From positions 16,786 through 80,785 of the forward strand of contig MFCV01000044.1 in the NCBI GenBank assembly GCA_001777015.1: 64,000 nt of DNA, read 5' to 3'. The position numbers and the translations under genes are program-made. This document shows, one piece after another, positions 57,478 to 64,000 of the stretch. The stretch comes from Candidatus Daviesbacteria bacterium RIFCSPHIGHO2_02_FULL_36_13 (GTDB lineage Bacteria > Patescibacteriota > Microgenomatia > Daviesbacterales > UBA10151). The stretch's first letter is position 1, and every line of letters starts with the position of its first letter. The notes beneath the pieces were generated by a model, which saw only the letters and a program-made list of their open reading frames with translations, searched no databases and was not told the DNA's origin.

Positions 57478-59955
57478 TTATACCCCACCCAGAAATCTTT
57501 TAATTCCTTCTGCGTCTCTTTTTAACCACTCAGCATTAGAATAAATTTGCTCTAAGGCTTGAGCTATAGTTCTTTCTGCCTCAGGGGTAGGATTTTTCTT
57601 AACAAAGGATTCTATATCTTTGGCATCTGATACTTTTGTGAATTCGGATGCCGGCCCAAAAACTCTGGTAAAGTAGTGTCCTCCTGCATATCTTTCTTTA
57701 AGCATTTTCCAATTTTTCTTTACAAACTCCCAGGCTAAATATCTACCCTCTGGATTTCCCCAAACTGAGGCTATAATTCCTAAAGTATTTTGGAATCTAA
57801 CATCTTTAGATATGGCAAAATCCAGGGACTTCTGGAGAATAGTTTTTTGTTTAAATAATCCAAGTGATCTTCCTAATCTATCTTTCTCCTGCTGATTCTC
57901 CTCGGATTTATACATCTTAACCAGCTCATCCCATTCCTTTTGGGATCCATTGGCTGCCACTAAATTATAAACTACTCCTCTTAGATCTGGTTCCACTTTC
58001 CCACCAAATAATTCTTGAGCCTTCCCAATCACCTCTTTATCACCAAAACTGCCTAATTTATATAAAACCATGGACCTAAGCAAAGAATCTGTGTGTTTTT
58101 CTCCTTTTTTCTTTTCCCATCCCATTTTTTTAGCTATGAGAGAATATATTTCTCTTCCATATTTTTGAAATTCAGGATAAAAACTCTCTAAAGCTAATAA
58201 ATTAGCCACCTTGGATATTTGTCCTGTAAGCTCACCCCAAACCGTATAGTCCGTCTCTCCAGTATAACTTTGAGCCAATTCTAAAGCCAAAGTTGTAGGA
58301 GAATTTCCAGCTTGAGCCAAATCAAAACTATCTCTTATTAGTCCTAGCCTATCGGGAGCAGATAATCTTCCAGATTTTACATCTTCCTCTAAACTTTTAA
58401 GATATTTTTGTGGATAATCTACTCTTACTAAAGAAACTTCTCCTTCATTTAGTTTTCCAGACCCTTTCCAATCCATAGTCTTCTTATCCATTAATTTCCC
58501 ATTAATAGGAATACTCCAAATTGTTGAATCTTTTGATTTATTTTTGGAAATTGGACTGATAAAAAATCTGGATTGGATCAGTTTTCCATCAGTCACCGTT
58601 ACCAATGGATGTCCAGGTTTTGATGTCCAATTAGCCATAATCTTACCTACTGGTTTACCGCTAACTTCTTCCAAGGCTTTCCAAAGATCCTCAGTTGAAG
58701 CATTGGCATAAGCATGCCTTTTTAAGTAGTGCCTAAGTCCATCTCTGAAATCTTTCTCACCTAAATATTTCCAAAGCATTCTTAAAACAGAAGCTCCTTT
58801 GGAATATGAAATCCTGTCAAATATCTCAGAAATTTCTGCTGGATCCCCTACTTCTACCTCTATTGGATGAGTATTGGCTAAAGCATCTAAAGAAAAAGCA
58901 TCTGCCAGTTCTGTTCCTGCAAATTGTGTCCAGATATCATACTCTGGGAATATCTCATCAATTGCTAAATATTCAATAAAGCTTGCAAACCCCTCATTTA
59001 ACCAAAGATGAGTCCACCACTCCATGGTTACTAAATTCCCAAACCACTGGTGAGCCAATTCGTGTGCTATAACCATAGCCACCCACTGCTTATTAGCAGA
59101 AGATGACTTTTCCTCATCAATAAGTAGGGTTGATTCCCTATAAGTGACTGCACCCCAATTTTCCATGGCTCCTGCAGCAAAATCAGGAATAGCTATCATG
59201 TCTAAAACTGGCAAAGGATAATCAATATCAAAATACTCCTCATAGAACTTCATACATTTCACTGCCACATCAAGAGCAAATTTAGCTTGATCTTTCTTGC
59301 CTGGGGTTGTAAACACCCGAACCATAGTATTGGAACGAAGTGGGGCCTCAATAGATTCAAACTCCCCTACAATAAAAGCCAAAAGATATGTAGACATCTT
59401 TGGAGTTGGGGCAAACTTAACTATTTTGAGACCAGATTCATGCTCTTTTACACTAGATTCAATCGTATTAGAAATAGCAGTAGTGTGACCTGGAATCATT
59501 AAAGTGACATCAAAAATAGCTTTTTGAGAGGGCTCATCAAAACTTGGAAAAGCGCGTCTTGCATCTGTTGATTCAAATTGAGTTGTAGCTAAATGTTTCT
59601 CATCTCCATATTTACTCCTATAAAAACCTCTCATTTTGTCATTTAGGATTCCTTTAAAGGTAATCTTTAGTTCCCCTTTCCCTGATTTCAAACTTTTAGG
59701 GAAAGCTAGGGTGGCTGTTTCTGCTTTTTTGTTATATGAGATCTTACCTGCCCAATTCTCTTGTCCAGAATGCACCCATTCAGCAGATTGAATATCAATT
59801 TCAGCAGAATGAAGGGTAATTTCCTTGGTGGGTTTGGATAAAACCAACTCTATTGTCTCTTCCCCTTCAAAAGAAAATCCAATCAGATCTGGTTTAAGAA
59901 AAATTTCATATCTTTCAGGCTTAACATGAGCAGGAAGTCTGACATTTTTCTTCAT
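57478..59955 (-). CDS. pepN: Aminopeptidase N (M1 family zinc metallopeptidase)
   Basis: GAMEN exopeptidase motif (AAGAMENWGAV), HELAHQWFGNLVTMEWWTHLWLNEGFA (HExxH-x18-E), and a C-terminal ERAP1-like helical domain. Confidence 0.9.
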   Translation of the reverse strand: MKKNVRLPAHVKPERYEIFLKPDLIGFSFEGEETIELVLSKPTKEITLHSAEIDIQSAEWVHSGQENWAGKISYNKKAETATLAFPKSLKSGKGELKITFKGILNDKMRGFYRSKYGDEKHLATTQFESTDARRAFPSFDEPSQKAIFDVTLMIPGHTTAISNTIESSVKEHESGLKIVKFAPTPKMSTYLLAFIVGEFESIEAPLRSNTMVRVFTTPGKKDQAKFALDVAVKCMKFYEEYFDIDYPLPVLDMIAIPDFAAGAMENWGAVTYRESTLLIDEEKSSSANKQWVAMVIAHELAHQWFGNLVTMEWWTHLWLNEGFASFIEYLAIDEIFPEYDIWTQFAGTELADAFSLDALANTHPIEVEVGDPAEISEIFDRISYSKGASVLRMLWKYLGEKDFRDGLRHYLKRHAYANASTEDLWKALEEVSGKPVGKIMANWTSKPGHPLVTVTDGKLIQSRFFISPISKNKSKDSTIWSIPINGKLMDKKTMDWKGSGKLNEGEVSLVRVDYPQKYLKSLEEDVKSGRLSAPDRLGLIRDSFDLAQAGNSPTTLALELAQSYTGETDYTVWGELTGQISKVANLLALESFYPEFQKYGREIYSLIAKKMGWEKKKGEKHTDSLLRSMVLYKLGSFGDKEVIGKAQELFGGKVEPDLRGVVYNLVAANGSQKEWDELVKMYKSEENQQEKDRLGRSLGLFKQKTILQKSLDFAISKDVRFQNTLGIIASVWGNPEGRYLAWEFVKKNWKMLKERYAGGHYFTRVFGPASEFTKVSDAKDIESFVKKNPTPEAERTIAQALEQIYSNAEWLKRDAEGIKRFLGGV

Positions 59956-59976
59956 GGGCTGAGTTTATATTAAAAA

Positions 59977-60636
59977 CTATTTTGGAGCAAGCATAAAAAA
60001 AGGATCATCAGGAACTTCTTCAAGTACCTTTAACCATGAAGGTATTTCATGTGTGTACCAAGTCCAATGGGAAAGTATACGAATGGATTTTTTTGTTGAA
60101 AGATCCTGCAACACCCCGAGTACTTCTTCAAGTGTCTCAGAAGATAAAGAATTGTATATGTAAAATACTGTACCATCAGTTAAATCTTGCTCTGCGACAT
60201 TCCCCTGTATAAATTCTGCATTTGGTAATTCAAGGCGTCTTTGTGCACTTTGTGCAACTTCCACACGGGGTTGTACTATCTCAATCCCTTTCCATCTTGC
60301 ATCTGTTGTAAGAGCACCATATAAACAAAATCTACCATAACCACTTCCTAAATCATAAACGACATCTGAAGAATCCGGATTTATCCACCTAACACCCTGA
60401 CGGATAAGATTATAATCTGTACCCTGATATAGTACATACTCATTTCTCCCTTCGGGTGTAAGAATATACGACTTCCCTGCAAAGGATTCTTGATCATCAC
60501 CTAAAGGAGGTAAACCTAGTACTTCATCAATAGAGTGAACATCTAGGAGTTCTTCATCACCATGCATTGTTGCAAACATTCTACGAATTGGAGAATCTGG
60601 AATGCTTCTTTGAATTTCTGGCTTTCTATCAATCAT
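59977..60636 (-). CDS. Putative SAM-dependent methyltransferase-like protein
   Basis: VVYDLGSGYGRFCLYGAL resembles methyltransferase motif I. Weak. Confidence 0.4.
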   Translation of the reverse strand: MIDRKPEIQRSIPDSPIRRMFATMHGDEELLDVHSIDEVLGLPPLGDDQESFAGKSYILTPEGRNEYVLYQGTDYNLIRQGVRWINPDSSDVVYDLGSGYGRFCLYGALTTDARWKGIEIVQPRVEVAQSAQRRLELPNAEFIQGNVAEQDLTDGTVFYIYNSLSSETLEEVLGVLQDLSTKKSIRILSHWTWYTHEIPSWLKVLEEVPDDPFFMLAPK

Positions 60637-60716
60637 ATTAATAGAGCATTATAGAAAATAAGCTTATAGAAAGCAAAAGATACTTTATTTGTCCCACGGC
60701 CGTGGGCTGTTTGTGA

Positions 60717-61211
60717 TTATCCAACATTCTCTGATTCCACCACCATTACCCAATCCTCTATTCCAGTTTTCCTTATAAAATCTCTTAGAAGTTTTGTACA
60801 ATTTACCTTTGAAGCCCAAACACTTTGCTGCCATTGTTTAAATCCTAACTGTTTCAGTTTATACCTTAATAAATCTCTGGCAGCTCTTCTTTTCTCTGGG
60901 ATATCCCAGATTACTAATCTCCACTTTCCATCCCACTTTTCCTCCCCCAACCCCATTTTCTTCCATAAAGCTCTATCTCTCCCAGAATCTGTTAATCTAA
61001 ATATTAACTCTTTATCACTTATAAGTTCCACTAAACCATTTTCTCTGAGTCTCTTAACCGCTTGAGAAAGTTCAGATTTTTTGAGATCTCTGCCAACCAT
61101 CATGGGGTGGTATGCAAAATCCTCAAATCTTATGTACCCATCAATAGATTTTTCTAAAACAAGAAGAGTAAAATCAGTTAAGAACCTTTTCTTACTAGGA
61201 GGTCTCGACAT
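60717..61211 (-). CDS. PaaX-like regulator: winged-helix N-domain plus Cas2/VapD-like C-domain
   Basis: The C-terminal GKWRLVIWDIPEKRRAARDLLRYKLKQLGFKQWQQSVWAS follows the Cas2/PaaX_C pattern (hydrophobic strand, D/E, RR...L...G...Q.SV). The N-terminal half looks like a wHTH. Confidence 0.45.
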   Translation of the reverse strand: MSRPPSKKRFLTDFTLLVLEKSIDGYIRFEDFAYHPMMVGRDLKKSELSQAVKRLRENGLVELISDKELIFRLTDSGRDRALWKKMGLGEEKWDGKWRLVIWDIPEKRRAARDLLRYKLKQLGFKQWQQSVWASKVNCTKLLRDFIRKTGIEDWVMVVESENVG

Positions 61212-61406
61212 GTTATAACAAATGTACCACGGCCGGAGGACATTTGTACAGATAATATCAACTTCCCTTTCCCCCTGAACTTAAAGTTGATATAATGCTT
61301 TAGTTCGCCGAGGTGATGGAATGGGTTTAAATGTCTAAACGATATTTAAACGGGTTGCAACCATAAAAAAGTAACCATAAAATAATGAAGCAACCCCGGA
61401 AGACAT

Positions 61407-61489
61407 GCTCAGGTGGCGGAATGGTATACGCGATAGTCTCAAAAACTATTGGTCGCAAGGCCTTGAGAGTTCGACTCTCTCCCTGAGCA
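61407..61489 (+). tRNA. tRNA-Leu (anticodon CAA), class II with a long variable arm; no encoded CCA
   Basis: Acceptor stem GCTCAGG/CCTGAGC, D-arm GCGG..CGC, anticodon stem ATAGT/ACTAT with loop CTCAAAA, variable hairpin GGTCGCAAGGCC, T-arm GAGAG-TTCGACT-CTCTC, discriminator A. A TTGATATAAT promoter-like element lies about 120 nt upstream. Confidence 0.8.
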
Positions 61490-61514
61490 CATTTTCCCAT
61501 GTTATACTTATTTC

Positions 61515-62063
61515 ATGGCTAATTTTAGACTGGAAGATGATACTAAAGAAAGATTATCCCTTTTAATTAAAGAAAGATTTCCCTGGCTTTTAATTGGCCT
61601 TATTGGTGGGATCTTAGCCACTCTTTTAATGAGTAATTTTGAGGAAACTTTATCCAAAAATTTATCCCTGGCCTTTTTCTTACCTGTAATTATTTATATG
61701 TCAGATGCCATAGGAACTCAAACAGAAAATATATATGTCAGAAATTTAAGTAAGTTCAAAGACAATTTTTGGAAATATTTAGGAAAAGAGATATTTATTG
61801 GTTTAAGCTTTGGAATTATTTTTGGCCTTTTACTAAGCCTTTTTGCCAACTTTTGGCTTGGAGATATAAATGTTGCCAAAACTGTAGGTTTGGCTATGCT
61901 TATAAATGGCACCATAGCTCCAGTTGTAGCTCTAATTGTGCCTGAAATTATCTTTAAAGAACATTCTGACCCGGCTTTAGGTGCAGGACCATTTACCACA
62001 GTAATTCAGGATTTAATATCTCTCTCAATCTACCTTCTGGTAGCCTCTATAATAATCTTCTAG
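61515..62063 (+). CDS. MgtE-like divalent cation transporter membrane domain protein
   Basis: Five TM helices. The conserved segment HSDPALGAGPFTTVIQDLISLSIYL resembles the MgtE/SLC41 pore helix (D-P-A...G-P...D). Confidence 0.5.
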   Translation: MANFRLEDDTKERLSLLIKERFPWLLIGLIGGILATLLMSNFEETLSKNLSLAFFLPVIIYMSDAIGTQTENIYVRNLSKFKDNFWKYLGKEIFIGLSFGIIFGLLLSLFANFWLGDINVAKTVGLAMLINGTIAPVVALIVPEIIFKEHSDPALGAGPFTTVIQDLISLSIYLLVASIIIF

Positions 62064-63391
62064 GCTGCTGCAGGAGCTTTTCTGGCTTTTTCCATTCCAT
62101 AAAACTTTGTCCTGTCAGCTCTAAAGACTAAATTAATTTCTCCCACTGGTCCATTTCTGTGTTTTTGAATATCTAGAGTAACTTCTTCCATTTTTTCTGG
62201 GTCTTCCCTATAAATAAACATAACCACATCAGCATCCTGCTCAATGGCTCCTGATTCTCTTAAATCAGCCAGCTGAGGCTTTCTGGTTCCTCTGGCCTCA
62301 ACAGATCTATTAAGCTGAGAGAGGGCCAAAACTGGAATTTTTAATTCCCTAGCTAAATTTTTAAGCTGTTGGGAAATTTCTGAAACTTCCTGCACCCTGT
62401 TTTCTAAATTTCTTCCCTTAATAAGCTGAAGATAGTCCACAATTAAAAACTTCAATCCATGCTCAACCTGCAGTCTTCTGGCTTTGGTCCTCATCTCAGA
62501 AATAGTAATTCCTGGAGTATCATCAATAAAAATAGGAGCTTCAGCCAACTCTCCCATAGCAAGCGATAATTTATCAAAATCCCTTTCATCTAATCTTCCG
62601 GTCTTTAACTTCCAGGCATCAATATCAGCCTGCCCAACTAAAAGCCTATCCACCAACTCCTCCTGACTCATTTCCAAAGAAAAAATCCCTACAGGCAGTC
62701 CAGCTGAAACAGCTACATATTGAGCTATGTTTAAAGCCATGGAAGTCTTACCTTGTCCAGGTCTAGATGCAAGAATAATTAAATTGGAATTTTGCATTCC
62801 TGCTAACTTAGAATCCAAATCCCGAAAGCCTGTTGGCACTCCTCTGAGTTTACCTGATGATTTCTGAAGCTCATCAAGACGGTCAAAACTTTGAGTTAAG
62901 GCATCTTTAATTGGTAAAAAATCTCTGGATACATTATCTTGAGAAAGAGAAAATATACCTGCTTCAGCAGATTCTAAAAGCTCCTCAACAGTTTCTCCTT
63001 CATCATAAGCTTTTTCAATCAGTCGAGTAGCTTGGGTAATCAGGCTTCGCCTGACTGCATGACCTTTGATAATTTTGGCATAATGTTCAATGTGAGCTGA
63101 AGTTGGCACAACATTTACTAGTGTTGTTAAATAAGCAGATCCCCCGACTTTATCATAAAAACCTTTTCTTTTTAGCTCTTCTGTCACAGTCACTAAATCA
63201 ATCGGCTCTCTTTTTTCAAATAAAGACTGAACAGCTTCAAATATAGGTCCGTGCTGTTCTGTTCTGTAAAAATTAGAAGGGTGTAGAATTTCTGAAATTC
63301 TGACTATTGAATCTTTATCAATTAAAAGCGCCCCTAAAAGGGACTGCTCTGCCTCTATGTTTTGTGGAGGAAGTTTTGTTGGACTAACCAT
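62060..63391 (-). CDS. dnaB: Replicative DNA helicase DnaB
   Basis: N-terminal PPQNIEAEQSLLGALL, Walker A LIILASRPGQGKTSMALN, and the Walker B/RecA-like core IDYLQL. Confidence 0.9.
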   Translation of the reverse strand: MVSPTKLPPQNIEAEQSLLGALLIDKDSIVRISEILHPSNFYRTEQHGPIFEAVQSLFEKREPIDLVTVTEELKRKGFYDKVGGSAYLTTLVNVVPTSAHIEHYAKIIKGHAVRRSLITQATRLIEKAYDEGETVEELLESAEAGIFSLSQDNVSRDFLPIKDALTQSFDRLDELQKSSGKLRGVPTGFRDLDSKLAGMQNSNLIILASRPGQGKTSMALNIAQYVAVSAGLPVGIFSLEMSQEELVDRLLVGQADIDAWKLKTGRLDERDFDKLSLAMGELAEAPIFIDDTPGITISEMRTKARRLQVEHGLKFLIVDYLQLIKGRNLENRVQEVSEISQQLKNLARELKIPVLALSQLNRSVEARGTRKPQLADLRESGAIEQDADVVMFIYREDPEKMEEVTLDIQKHRNGPVGEINLVFRADRTKFYGMEKARKAPAAA

Positions 63392-63398
63392 AATGTAA

Positions 63399-63428
63399 AT
63401 TTCTAATTTCTAATTTCTAATTTCTAAT
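63399..63428. repeat. (ATTTCTA)4 heptanucleotide tandem repeat 8 nt upstream of the dnaB start codon, followed by TTAATTAG-type repeats
   Basis: aatttctaatttctaatttctaatttctaat read directly from the sequence. Confidence 0.85.
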
Positions 63429-63464
63429 ATTTAGAGCACTTAGAAATTAGGTTAATTAGATTAA

Positions 63465-63998
63465 TTAGGTTTTATTTAAAACCACCACTAGTGGTTCCTC
63501 GGGCAGTTTATCTCTAGTAATTGACAGCTTTGGAACTGGAGTCACTCCCTCTGCTCCCATTTCTTTCAAAAAAGCTTCAACGCCTTCCAGTTCAAATTTA
63601 AGCCCTTCTATTTTGAAATGCATTGGAATTATAATTCTTGGTTCAAGCTGAGCCACAATCCCAGCAGCAGCTTTTCCATCTATTGTAAAAATGGAACCTA
63701 CAGGAATAAGCAAAATATCTACCTCACCAATTTTTGCCAGCTGGTCTTCTGTTAATTCACTCTGACCTAAATCACCTAAATGCACAATATTTAAAGAATC
63801 CATCATTATATGAAAGATAATATTTGTTCCTCTTTCAGATCCTTGGGAATTATCATGAAAGGAATCTATTCCTGTAACCACTGCTCCAGCAACTTCATAC
63901 TCTCCTGGCTCTTTAAATACCATAGGAGCTGCCCCACTAACTGATTCAGTTACCGCTGATCCATTGCTATGATCTTCATGTTCATGAGAAATAAGCAC
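63465..63998 (-). CDS. MBL-fold metallo-hydrolase (N-terminally truncated by the window edge)
   Basis: HxHxDH motif SHEHEDHS near the window end and a later metal-binding His (IPMHF). The ORF probably continues beyond position 64000. Confidence 0.6.
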   Translation of the reverse strand: MLISHEHEDHSNGSAVTESVSGAAPMVFKEPGEYEVAGAVVTGIDSFHDNSQGSERGTNIIFHIMMDSLNIVHLGDLGQSELTEDQLAKIGEVDILLIPVGSIFTIDGKAAAGIVAQLEPRIIIPMHFKIEGLKFELEGVEAFLKEMGAEGVTPVPKLSITRDKLPEEPLVVVLNKT

Positions 63999-64000
63999 CA

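Noticed and set aside
63399-63470. Possible CRISPR array from the TTCTAAT/TTAATTAG repeats
   Set aside because: The units are 7-8 nt with no spacers, so this is a simple tandem repeat and not a CRISPR.

Overview
This is an AT-rich, gene-dense chromosomal segment. Its gene content and style (short proteins, type IV pilus machinery, minimal cell-wall/replication genes, insertions in housekeeping proteins) resemble Candidate Phyla Radiation / Patescibacteria-like bacteria; that assignment is inference only. Genes in order: a type IV pilus locus (four tandem pilins, a GT-C-like membrane protein, pilD, pilC, pilT, pilB); holB-like; gyrB; a peptidoglycan cluster (murC, NUDIX, murI, murD, murF-like, alpha/beta hydrolase, DegT-like, FemAB-like); def; gyrA; a TrpR-like regulator; a P-type ATPase; xerC/D next to a cluster of secreted surface proteins with a dockerin-like module; an ORF-free ~830 bp GC-richer region; ruvC; yebC; an LCP-family protein; tgt; a kef-type antiporter; rluA; a two-component system; vapBC; a dksA/traR-like gene; lgt; galU; efp; pepN; a PaaX/Cas2-like regulator; tRNA-Leu(CAA); an MgtE-like protein; dnaB; and a partial MBL-fold hydrolase. 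The main discovery is a complete diversity-generating retroelement (DGR) at ~42.4-45.2 kb. It comprises a reverse transcriptase with the DGR-specific IGNLTSQ motif, a divergently oriented Avd-like four-helix-bundle gene, and a 125-bp template repeat (TR). A cognate variable repeat (VR) sits at the 3' end of a 266-aa target gene. TR and VR differ at 16 positions, and all 16 are at TR adenines, which is the DGR mutagenic-homing signature. Other second-look items are listed under findings, including a pilin with a triplicated leader, paralogous adhesin genes sharing an 83-bp perfect repeat, an out-of-frame 14-bp tandem repeat in a signal peptide, a vapBC cassette bracketed by dksA/traR 3'-end copies, and short tandem repeats at two gene starts. 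All calls come from reading the sequence and the ORF translations. No database searches were run.
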